Source: Candidatus Woesearchaeota archaeon
GTDB taxonomy: Archaea; Nanobdellota; Nanobdellia; Nanobdellales; CAZNIQ01
Reading direction: 5' to 3'
Assembly: GCA_964573185.1 (NCBI GenBank)
Contig: CAZNIQ010000011.1
Location: 1-19,808, forward strand
DNA: 19,808 bases
How positions within the stretch are numbered: the first letter of the stretch is position 1; the number at the start of each line of letters is the position of its first letter. A model generated the notes under the pieces. The model was not told where the DNA came from. It made no database searches and saw only the letters and a program-made list of their open reading frames with translations. Positions 1 through 7,466 of this stretch are shown in pieces. The position numbers and the translations under genes are program-made.

Positions 1-863
1 TAGTGCTTAATTATGTCTGAAGGTCTCAAGGATCTATCTGAAGGAACGTTTTCAACTAAAGGAGCTAAAACCACAATGTTTTTAGGTTTCGCAAAACCTT
101 TTTGAACGAGTTTGACGTATCCATATAAAGCTGCAATTACAGAAGCAGCTCCATGCATATCTATATGCATATCTTCGATATATCCTGTAGGTTTCAAATG
201 CAAACCCCCCGCATCAAAGCAAACACCTTTTCCTACAAGTACTATAGGCCTTTCATCTTTATTTGGCAAATACTCTATTATTAATAACTTTGGAGGATGT
301 ATAGAACCTTTACCTACATTGTATATTCCACCGAAACCTCTGTTTTTTAATTCTTCATGATCAAAAACAATTATGTTTACTGGTAAATCCTTAAATACTC
401 TTTCAACTTCTTTAACAAAAGTGGATGGGTTTAAATTTATTGGTCTTTCATTTGCCCAATCTCTGGCAAGATATACAGCATCCCTAATTACTTCAACTTC
501 CTTTAATTCTTTTTCATAATTTCCTTTAACATAAATTTTGTATTCAACTGTCTTTCTTTCCTTTTTATGTTTATCAAACTCATAAGCTGCTAGAAACATT
601 CCTAAAGCAACTTCTTTAAAATCTAATTCCCCTAAATCTAAATAAACCTCTTTGATTCTATTAGATTTCAAATATTTGAACAATCTAGCTCCAAATCTCA
701 AAGAATCATCTTTATTTCTATATGTTCCATAAATAACATTTCCTTCTCTATAGAAATTTACATCTTTAAAGAGTTCCTTATCTATATTTGCTTCTCCTTC
801 CTTTACTGCTTTTACTAATGGTTCTTTTAACTCTTCCGTAAAATAAAACTTTAGAATGTTCAT
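1..863 (-). CDS. pepA: M17 leucyl aminopeptidase (PepA-like), C-terminus cut by window edge
   Basis: Not in the ORF track because it runs off the edge. My reverse-strand translation from ATG (cat 861-863) gives MNILKFYFTEELKEPLVKAVKEGE...VLVGKGVCFDAGGLHLKPTGYIEDMHIDMHGAASVIAAL. This matches the M17 signature VGKG-x-TFDSGG-x-x-KP...M..DM.GAA. The frame stays open to position 1. Confidence 0.85.
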   Translation of the reverse strand, partial: MNILKFYFTEELKEPLVKAVKEGEANIDKELFKDVNFYREGNVIYGTYRNKDDSLRFGARLFKYLKSNRIKEVYLDLGELDFKEVALGMFLAAYEFDKHKKERKTVEYKIYVKGNYEKELKEVEVIRDAVYLARDWANERPINLNPSTFVKEVERVFKDLPVNIIVFDHEELKNRGFGGIYNVGKGSIHPPKLLIIEYLPNKDERPIVLVGKGVCFDAGGLHLKPTGYIEDMHIDMHGAASVIAALYGYVKLVQKGFAKPKNIVVLAPLVENVPSDRSLRPSDIIKH

Positions 864-956
864 ACTCTAACTATGCAAAAGATTTGGGTAAAGTATTTTA
901 TTATCACCATTTACCGGTTAATATTATAAATTTTTTATCTTATAAGTTTAATAATT

Positions 957-2258
957 ATGATAAGTAATAGTAATAATTTCTTAGAAAAAACGCTTCGGGA
1001 AGTGGGAATAGGTTATAATTTATATTACAATGGAAGATTGGAAATTACAAGTCAAATTACTATTAGAAAGGATTTTTACAATTTACTTCTTATTGCAAAA
1101 GGCAATAATCTTATTACTAGAGGGCCGATGTATGTTTCTGCACAAAGATTTCCAGTAGGACAAGATATTGGGAAAGAATGGGAACGTGAATTGCGTTTTT
1201 TATTGAACTGTATTAAAGAAGAACAATCTGTAATAGTCAAATATGTTTGTTTGGATCACTTAATTGAATCTTCCTCAACACTTTTATTAATTCTTAATAG
1301 ACTGATAGTTGAACATAACAGAAGACTTTATGAACAATTTCAAACGGCGTTATATACGCTTGCTCATTCTTCAGAAGCTATGTTTAATTTCTTGGAAGAT
1401 GGTACAATACCAAAAAGAATTATAAGAAGAATTTCAAATTTAATTGATAAGTTATTTTCACAGAAGTTACATCTTGAAGAATATTATAAAAAAGAGGGAA
1501 CAAAAGTTAGAAGATTTTGGAGACCAAGAGAAGCACAAAATGAAATCCATAATTATTATTTTTCAAAACAAGTGCTGAATGCTGTAAGTAAAAAGGAGCT
1601 AATGATAGATATAGTTACACCCGTTTTTTATGGAAGCGTATCAATATTAGGCCACGTTCTTGCAGGTTTAAGAAAACTAAATGAGAGCGCTTTACCAGCA
1701 ATCATGGTATATTCAAAAAATGAAAAAGTTCTGAATAGAAAAGAAGAAATAAATAATGAAAAAATTAGAATCTATAAGCATATTATTGAAATTTGGGGAT
1801 CACTAAAATACAGACCTATTCTTTTAGTAGATGATAGTATAGGATCCGGTAGAACAATAAGATATGCTTTAATATTATTACTATCTATTACTAGAGATGA
1901 GAACCTTGACGAGCTTCTACAGAAGTATAAGCAGTCATATAAAGATATAAAGGAGCTAGTAAATTATGCTAAAACAAAAGATATTTATGTAGCTATTGAA
2001 GCAAAGGTACCAGAGGAAACGATATCGGAACAAAAAAGAAACGAATATAAAAATCTTTTACAATCCTTATTAGTGGAGCCACCATTTTTAGTTATGCCAT
2101 CTAAAGTTATTATAATTTATCCAAAGCAACTTTACAAACAAGTAGGATTAGTAGCAAAATCTATTAGAGGACTGGCAGAATTTGATGTAGAATTGAAAGA
2201 TAAGGAGAAATTTCTTAATTTCCGAAAGAAATACGAAGAATTGATAAACACAGCATAA
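957..2258 (+). CDS. Uncharacterised 433-aa protein: unassigned N-terminal half (about aa 1-210) plus a type I phosphoribosyltransferase-like core and a C-terminal extension
   Basis: Long ATG ORF with TTATAAA-like elements 22-30 nt upstream. ILLVDDSIGSGRT (aa 288-300, nt 1818-1856) fits the PRPP-binding loop (hydrophobic x4, DD, x2, S/T-G-x-T). DIVTPVFYGSVSILGHVLAGL (aa 217-237) fits the first beta-alpha unit of PRTases. I recognise nothing in the N-terminal half. Confidence 0.6.
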   Translation: MISNSNNFLEKTLREVGIGYNLYYNGRLEITSQITIRKDFYNLLLIAKGNNLITRGPMYVSAQRFPVGQDIGKEWERELRFLLNCIKEEQSVIVKYVCLDHLIESSSTLLLILNRLIVEHNRRLYEQFQTALYTLAHSSEAMFNFLEDGTIPKRIIRRISNLIDKLFSQKLHLEEYYKKEGTKVRRFWRPREAQNEIHNYYFSKQVLNAVSKKELMIDIVTPVFYGSVSILGHVLAGLRKLNESALPAIMVYSKNEKVLNRKEEINNEKIRIYKHIIEIWGSLKYRPILLVDDSIGSGRTIRYALILLLSITRDENLDELLQKYKQSYKDIKELVNYAKTKDIYVAIEAKVPEETISEQKRNEYKNLLQSLLVEPPFLVMPSKVIIIYPKQLYKQVGLVAKSIRGLAEFDVELKDKEKFLNFRKKYEELINTA

Positions 2259-2278
2259 TCTGACCCGGAAGGACATCA

Positions 2279-3055
2279 TCATTTTTCAGTCCCGGGGTGG
2301 AGCTCTTCACATAAATTCCAAAAATCTTCTCTAAATTTAACCTTTTTCAGGTAAAGGAATTTTCCCGGAGCAGATTGTGGTTTCGGCTCAAGAATCCCTT
2401 TAAAAACGTAAGGAATATATTCTTCTTTAAATAAATCAAAGTACAAACCTAAGACAAAGGAAACTAATTTTCTTACCATTTGCTGCAAAAATCTATTTCC
2501 TCTAATTCTTATTTCAAAATAATTTTCTTTTTCTTCAAATTTAAAATCATAGATACAACATATAGAATTCTTAGGAAAACCTATCGTAAAATTATGAAAA
2601 CTTTTGCAACCTATAATTTCTTTTTCAAAAATTTTAACTGCTTTTATGTTTATTTTTTCGATCTTCTCTCTTTTTCTTACAAGAATTCTTTTATCATTTA
2701 AGATAAGATATTTTGGTTTAAATATCCATGTTTCTTCTATTTCTTTTGGTAATAAGTAAAGATATTCTTTCCATTCAACAAAATCTTTTATTTTTATATT
2801 TTTCTTTAACTTCCAAACATTTAAAATAAAAATATTATTAATTCTTTTTGGAAAACTAACCTCTTTATTATAAACCAACTTTATATAATTCTCAAAAGCA
2901 TTTACATCTTTATCTGTTCTAGATACTACCTCCCATTCCAAAGGTTTTCCTATCTTTTTAAATAGAGTTCCAAGAATAGTTTTCTTTCCTTTTTGAGGTA
3001 CTAAACCATGATATCCCTTCCCAGAATAAGCTATTTTAAGAACGTACGATTTCAA
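2279..3055 (-). CDS. truA: tRNA pseudouridine synthase A (TruA/Pus1 family)
   Basis: N-terminus KIAYSGKGYHGLVPQ, catalytic-Asp motif SRTDKDVNAF (consensus RTDxGVHA) and C-terminal RGNRFLQQMVRKLV (consensus F-L-x-x-M-V-R). Confidence 0.85.
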   Translation of the reverse strand: MKSYVLKIAYSGKGYHGLVPQKGKKTILGTLFKKIGKPLEWEVVSRTDKDVNAFENYIKLVYNKEVSFPKRINNIFILNVWKLKKNIKIKDFVEWKEYLYLLPKEIEETWIFKPKYLILNDKRILVRKREKIEKINIKAVKIFEKEIIGCKSFHNFTIGFPKNSICCIYDFKFEEKENYFEIRIRGNRFLQQMVRKLVSFVLGLYFDLFKEEYIPYVFKGILEPKPQSAPGKFLYLKKVKFREDFWNLCEELHPGTEK

Positions 3056-3647
3056 AATAATAAGAATTTAGTTTCTTTAAGTCTTCTATCTTTATATCAT
3101 TGATATCTTTGATAGGATACTCTGTAATAAACATAGCTTCAGAAATTATGCTTCCAAACTCCTTGGGTGGTAATAAAACTACTGGCCTTCTCTCCCTTTC
3201 CTTTACATTTTTTATATTTGTAATTATTGTATATATCTTCTTTCCCTTAGCTCTAACTACAAATAAATTATCATATTCTGGATGCTTGGAAACGGATAAG
3301 ATTTCTACAATATCGTACCTAAATATTTGGTATGGTTCTTTCGGACAGATTTTATATTTTCTTTCCAAGTCCTCTACTTCTTCAATAAAATATTCTATAA
3401 ACTTTTTTCCATATTCAGATGTTTTTGCATCTTTCAATTTCTTTACTTCTTCTTTCAATTGATTCAGAATTTCCTTAAAATAATTTTCATCATAATAGGA
3501 ATACTTTAATTGTTGAATTAGCGAGTTTATTTTTTTCAAAGTCTCCCTTTCTTTTTGGACATATTTTTCTAAGTGTTTAAACAAAGATTCTATCCATTGG
3601 TTCAGCAGTGTGTAACAGTCTTCACTATTCTGCTGTGGGACTGTCAT
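3036..3647 (-). CDS. Coiled-coil protein with C-terminal tRNA-binding OB domain (Trbp111/CsaA/EMAP-like)
   Basis: VEILSVSKHPEYDNLFVVRAKGKKIYTIITNIKNVKERERRPVVLLPPKEFGSIISEAMF follows the KHPxADxLxVxxVxxG...IVxxxxN...V.V...P....G..S.GM pattern of tRNA-binding domains. I shortened the track ORF (3036-3731) to the ATG at 3647 (MTVPQQ...). TTTATAAA lies about 29 nt upstream of it, and the longer version would overlap the divergent gene. The gene overlaps the truA start by 20 nt. Confidence 0.6.
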   Translation of the reverse strand: MTVPQQNSEDCYTLLNQWIESLFKHLEKYVQKERETLKKINSLIQQLKYSYYDENYFKEILNQLKEEVKKLKDAKTSEYGKKFIEYFIEEVEDLERKYKICPKEPYQIFRYDIVEILSVSKHPEYDNLFVVRAKGKKIYTIITNIKNVKERERRPVVLLPPKEFGSIISEAMFITEYPIKDINDIKIEDLKKLNSYYFEIVRS

Positions 3648-3650
3648 CAC

Positions 3651-3680
3651 TTTAAAAAGTCTAATCCTAAAATTTATAAA
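3651..3680. promoter_or_regulatory. Interleaved divergent promoter pair in a 32-bp intergenic region
   Basis: TTTAAAAAG (3651-3659) is centred 25 nt upstream of ATG 3680 (+). TTTATAAA (rc of 3673-3680) is centred about 29 nt upstream of ATG 3647 (-). Confidence 0.45.
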
Positions 3681-3955
3681 TGTCCTTGAAAAAGTACTCT
3701 GAGTTTTTAAAGAAAGGTTATGTTCTAACAAGCAAATTATGCCCCAAGTGCAAATCTCCTTTGTTAAAAGACCCTAGAACCAATGCTCTCTTTTGTCCCA
3801 TCTGTGGTTGGAAATCTATAGAATTTACAGAACAAGAAGTTTTATCAGATGTTTATACAAGGATTCTTACAAAATTATCTATCGAAGAAGATCCTAAAAA
3901 ATTATATTATTTATTAAAAAGTTTAAAGGAAATTAAAAAATTACTTAAGAAGTAG
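3680..3955 (+). CDS. Small zinc-ribbon protein (UPF0148 / autoantigen-p27-like family)
   Basis: LCPKCKSPLLKD...ALFCPICGW is a CxxC...CxxC ribbon after a short helix, as in the archaeal UPF0148 family. TTTAAAAAG is centred 25 nt upstream of the ATG. Confidence 0.65.
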   Translation: MSLKKYSEFLKKGYVLTSKLCPKCKSPLLKDPRTNALFCPICGWKSIEFTEQEVLSDVYTRILTKLSIEEDPKKLYYLLKSLKEIKKLLKK

Positions 3956-5410
3956 TTCTGCAAGTTTTGCAAATGCAGATCTAGTAATGAATACTCCTAT
4001 TGTTATTCCAATTAGAGTTGTGACTGCGAAACCTCTTAACAATCCTATTCCTGACCAAAATAGTGGTAACATTGCTAATGCAAATGCAAAATAGGATGTC
4101 ATTACGATAAAGAATGCCCTTCTTATTCTTTCAGCAATTTCCATCTTCTTTCCAAATAATATTTCATCTAAAATTACTATTTGGTCGTCAACACCAGTAC
4201 CAACGGCAATAATGATACCTACTAGGGAAGGTAAATCCAATGTCCAACCAATCGTTTTTGCAATAGCTAAAGTTGCTAGAGCCTCTACTAAAACGTTTAA
4301 CATCACCAACAGAGATGCTTTTATATTTCTATATCTTAAGAAAATAACAATTGCAACACCAATTATAGCAAATAAAGCTGCTAGAGAAATCTCTTTTAAG
4401 AATTCTTTTCCTAAGAAAGGCGATATTTTTTCAATTCTTATAATCTTTAGCTTAACTGGTAATGAAGCTGAAAGTATTGCTTGTAGTTTTCTCATTTCCA
4501 TCAAAGCATTCTTCCTAGCTTCCCACAAAGTATTTCCAAATCCTGAACCTTCTATAGAAACCTCAGTAACGGGTTTTTCTTTTAGACCAGCACCTATTCT
4601 TAATTCCTCAACAAATTTATTATCTAAATATAAATCTAAAGTAGCATTTACATAAGCTTTCCCAGTATAGGGATCGTATATAACACTTCTATTTTTAATT
4701 AGTTCATACAATCTCTTAGCAGCTTCTTTAGAAATAACAATCTGGAAATAGAAATTACAAGCATAACCATTAGCAACTCTTCCACAATATGTTATTCCAG
4801 AACAATATCTAGTATTACAGATGAACTTTATATCTTCTCCAGTAAAGACTAGCGTTTTATTGTCTAGATACGCTTCAAATTTACCTTGGGATTCTAAAAT
4901 TTCAAGTAATCTTCTTTCAGATTGTGGTAACTCAACAATAATATAGTATTTATTTGCTAGCGGATTCCTTTCAATCCTAATTTCTACTTGCTTTATTCCA
5001 TAAACATTTAATCTTTGCTCAAGGATATCCTTAATTCTTAATAAAGTTTGATAATCTACAGGTTTCTCAGGTTCTAGAACAACACGTATGCCACCCGTAA
5101 TATCTATTCCAAACTTTAATGGAATTCCTCCTACCTCTTTAACGGTAAAATTCAGAAGTTTTCCGTTAGAAGCATTAGCTTTTATTAATCCTTGATCGGT
5201 AAGAATATAAATTGTTCCATTCAAATGATCCATACATTGATAAAAGGAATTTAAATCTGTAACTTTACAAGAATTTATTGCTTTAACAATATAGTTTCCC
5301 GGCTCTAGAATAACTTTTTTTGGTGTGGGTAATAAAGAAAAAATGCTGAAAATTATTAATGCAAAGTATAAAATCATTCTAATATCCTTCAAAAATTTAG
5401 GTATTTTCAT
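3941..5410 (-). CDS. secD: Protein-export membrane protein SecD
   Basis: N-terminal TM helix, large extracytoplasmic domain with GIDITGGIRVVLEPE (SecD G-x-D-L-x-GG motif), five C-terminal TM helices and AVGTGVDDQIVILDE. No secF gene is adjacent. Confidence 0.8.
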   Translation of the reverse strand: MKIPKFLKDIRMILYFALIIFSIFSLLPTPKKVILEPGNYIVKAINSCKVTDLNSFYQCMDHLNGTIYILTDQGLIKANASNGKLLNFTVKEVGGIPLKFGIDITGGIRVVLEPEKPVDYQTLLRIKDILEQRLNVYGIKQVEIRIERNPLANKYYIIVELPQSERRLLEILESQGKFEAYLDNKTLVFTGEDIKFICNTRYCSGITYCGRVANGYACNFYFQIVISKEAAKRLYELIKNRSVIYDPYTGKAYVNATLDLYLDNKFVEELRIGAGLKEKPVTEVSIEGSGFGNTLWEARKNALMEMRKLQAILSASLPVKLKIIRIEKISPFLGKEFLKEISLAALFAIIGVAIVIFLRYRNIKASLLVMLNVLVEALATLAIAKTIGWTLDLPSLVGIIIAVGTGVDDQIVILDEILFGKKMEIAERIRRAFFIVMTSYFAFALAMLPLFWSGIGLLRGFAVTTLIGITIGVFITRSAFAKLAELLLK

Positions 5411-5418
5411 TCATCTAT

Positions 5419-5430
5419 CTTTTTAAAAAG
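5419..5430. promoter_or_regulatory. 12-bp perfect palindrome CTTTTTAAAAAG, 8 nt before the secD start and 4 nt after the DUF99 stop
   Basis: Read directly. An identical copy lies at 7438-7449. It gives T5 on both strands, consistent with an archaeal oligo-T terminator and/or a promoter element. Confidence 0.4.
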
Positions 5431-5434
5431 CAAT

Positions 5435-6010
5435 TTAAGGTTTTCCGTGAGATTCTCCCAGAGTTATTCCTTCAGCGATTAAATGTGCAACTCTTACAGG
5501 TTCTGGAATTACAGAATAAACGGCTGTATATCTAATTAACTCTTCAACTTTTTCTTTAGGCCAACCATAATATTGATACCATACAATTCCATTTTTAACT
5601 AATACTTTTTGAGGTTCTCCTGCTTTTCGTATTTTTCTCCATTTTTCTTCCCAATTAGGAACATTCTGTATAGCTCTATAAATTTCGTCAAAATTCGGTT
5701 TGTTTCTAGTAACAACAATAACTGGCAAACCTGTTAATTTATACAATTCTTCAATATCTATTACATTAAAACCCCCAACTGTGATTCCGTTTATCATAAT
5801 AACTCTTAATTGTGGTTTTTGTCTAGATTTGTTAATCATTTCAGCTATTTTTTCTGTAGCATCGTCACCATCAACAGTAACTTTTGTAGAGAGAACAGCG
5901 TCAATTTGTTTATAACCTCTCATCACAACACCTACTACCAAACACTCTTTATCTTTCTTTTTATCAAAATATCCATCATCTATACCTATTATCCGTATCT
6001 CAGGTTTCAT
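5435..6010 (-). CDS. DUF99 / UPF0215 family protein (endonuclease V-like fold)
   Basis: IRIIGIDDGYF...LVVGVVMRG...IDAVLSTKVTVDGDDATEKIAEMI...LRVIMINGITVGGFNVIDIEEL matches my memory of the archaeal UPF0215 family. 4-nt overlap with the upstream gene. Confidence 0.65.
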   Translation of the reverse strand: MKPEIRIIGIDDGYFDKKKDKECLVVGVVMRGYKQIDAVLSTKVTVDGDDATEKIAEMINKSRQKPQLRVIMINGITVGGFNVIDIEELYKLTGLPVIVVTRNKPNFDEIYRAIQNVPNWEEKWRKIRKAGEPQKVLVKNGIVWYQYYGWPKEKVEELIRYTAVYSVIPEPVRVAHLIAEGITLGESHGKP

Positions 6011-6450
6011 TTAATTTCTACTATATCTCCTAATGTTAGATATTCTTCCTCCTTCTTTTCTTCTTTTAAATAATAATGATATTTAACTTCTTCAATTAAT
6101 TTTACTCCTAATATCTTTTCAAGCTTTCTAGCGGTTTTTAAATCAGGTACCAATTTACCTTCTTCTATTTTTCTGTAAGTACTTTCCTTAAATCCAAATT
6201 TCCTGCAAAACTCTTCAATAGATAAACCTAATTTTTCTCTAGCTTTTCTAATTCTTTCAGCATAGTCTTCTACTATTTCATATTCTTTTTCAACAATTTC
6301 TTTCTCCTCTGTTATATTTTCTTCTTTAACTTCTCCAATTTTTCCAATTATTTTTCCATATCTTGCGCAAGAAGAACAGACTTTTAAAATAGTACCTTCT
6401 ACTTTAATTAAAAAAATAGCTTCGTTGGAGCCGCAGATCTCACATTTCAT
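6007..6450 (-). CDS. Archaeal multiprotein bridging factor 1 (aMBF1): zinc ribbon plus Cro/C1 HTH
   Basis: N-terminal CEICG...CSSCARYG ribbon. C-terminal HTH IRKAREKLGLSIEEFCRKFGFKESTYRKIEEGKLVPDLKTARKLEKILGVKL. Confidence 0.85.
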   Translation of the reverse strand: MKCEICGSNEAIFLIKVEGTILKVCSSCARYGKIIGKIGEVKEENITEEKEIVEKEYEIVEDYAERIRKAREKLGLSIEEFCRKFGFKESTYRKIEEGKLVPDLKTARKLEKILGVKLIEEVKYHYYLKEEKKEEEYLTLGDIVEIK

Positions 6451-7103
6451 TTTGCAAGATCCTCTAATAACTTTGCTATATCGTCTTTAAATTTAACAGC
6501 AATTACTAGTCCTAAACCAATACCCAATGCTATTGACAAAGCTAGAACTGCATATTTAAATGCAATAATTAATATTGTAGCATCAATTCCTATTGTTTCT
6601 AAAGCCATAACTAAAGCAAAATACAATATTAAGAATCTTACAGCCCCTGCTAAAACATCTTTATATTTCATTTCCATTTTCTGAATAGTATCTTTTAGGA
6701 ATTCTGAAATAAAGGCTCCTCCAATTAATATAAATATTGCTGCATAAAGATTCGGTAGAAACATTATTAAAGCATTAGCAAAATCTGTTAGTACTTTTAA
6801 TCCAATTATCTGTAAAGCTTGTGCTATGAATAAAATATATACATACCATTTTGCCAGGTTTGCTAAAAGATCTGAGAATTTCAATCCCATTAAAGCATCT
6901 TCCAATCCTTTCTTTTTTAACCAATTGTCTATATCAATTCCTTTAACCAAAACCAACTCTACTACTTTATATATTATTTTTCCCACAATATAACCTACTA
7001 CTAATACTACAGCAGCTCCTATCAAATTTGGTATTAGTACTACTATATTATTCCACAGATTTACAAGCAACTGTTTTACAGCTTGGAAAGCTGCTTCTAA
7101 CAT
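6447..7103 (-). CDS. Integral membrane protein with duplicated 'conserved TM helix' units (MscS-N-terminal-like)
   Basis: Several hydrophobic helices and an internal repeat: IPNLIGAAVVLVVGYIVGKIIYKVV versus LPNLYAAIFILIGGAFISEFLKDTI. TTTATAAA (7125-7132) lies about 26 nt upstream of the ATG. Confidence 0.55.
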   Translation of the reverse strand: MLEAAFQAVKQLLVNLWNNIVVLIPNLIGAAVVLVVGYIVGKIIYKVVELVLVKGIDIDNWLKKKGLEDALMGLKFSDLLANLAKWYVYILFIAQALQIIGLKVLTDFANALIMFLPNLYAAIFILIGGAFISEFLKDTIQKMEMKYKDVLAGAVRFLILYFALVMALETIGIDATILIIAFKYAVLALSIALGIGLGLVIAVKFKDDIAKLLEDLAK

Positions 7104-7135
7104 CTTAATTTAATTTTTCTTTCCTTTATAAATTT

Positions 7136-7429
7136 TTAGAACTCCTCTTCTAATTCTTTAAGATAGCCTTTCTTCTTTAAGTACTCTATTTCTTGCGTAT
7201 TATACCTATATATGATGTCACCCTTTTTATCTCCTTGTATTTCATATGGCTTTACCAGTACTATATCTCCTTCCCTTATCCACAATCTCCTTTGTAATTT
7301 ACCCGGGATCCTACAAATTCTTGTTTTACCATCAAAGCATCTAACTTTAGCATGAGCCCACCCAACCATTTCCTCAACTATCCCAAGCACTGTATTCTTA
7401 TCTGGTAAAGGTATTTTCTTCTCTTCCAC
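7136..7429 (-). CDS. eif1a: Translation initiation factor aIF-1A
   Basis: GIVEEMVGWAHAKVRCFDGKTRICRIPGKLQRRLWIREGDIVLVKPYEIQGDKKGDIIYRY is the conserved aIF1A/eIF1A S1-like OB core. The start codon is GTG (cac 7427-7429). Confidence 0.9.
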   Translation of the reverse strand: MEEKKIPLPDKNTVLGIVEEMVGWAHAKVRCFDGKTRICRIPGKLQRRLWIREGDIVLVKPYEIQGDKKGDIIYRYNTQEIEYLKKKGYLKELEEEF

Positions 7430-7437
7430 AAAGAAAA

Positions 7438-7449
7438 CTTTTTAAAAAG
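7438..7449. promoter_or_regulatory. Second copy of palindrome CTTTTTAAAAAG, 8 nt before the aIF1A GTG start
   Basis: Read directly. The distance to the downstream start codon is the same as for the secD copy. Confidence 0.4.
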
Positions 7450-7466
7450 AAAATAAAAAGGTTATT

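Noticed and set aside
112-360. Plus-strand 82-aa ORF from the track (TTG start)
   Set aside because: It lies entirely antisense to the M17 aminopeptidase reading frame, which carries strong family motifs. Its low-complexity sequence has no recognisable features.
2259-2300. Possible C/D-box sRNA or hairpin terminator between convergent genes (minus-strand ATGATGA; CCCGG...CCGGG 5-bp GC stem)
   Set aside because: There is no CUGA D box at a suitable distance, and the box-like element is only about 17 nt from the nearest candidate. The region is largely inside the truA 3' end. The stem is only 5 bp with a 23-nt loop. The plus-strand T5 at 2282-2286 is a sufficient terminator signal.
3648-3731. 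Longer version of the tRNA-binding-protein ORF starting at 3731
   Set aside because: The extra 28 codons (MLEHNLSLKTQSTFSRTFINFRIRLFKV) would overlap the first 17 codons and the promoter of the divergent zinc-ribbon gene. The ATG at 3647 has a TATA-like element about 29 nt upstream. The longer start is not strictly excluded.
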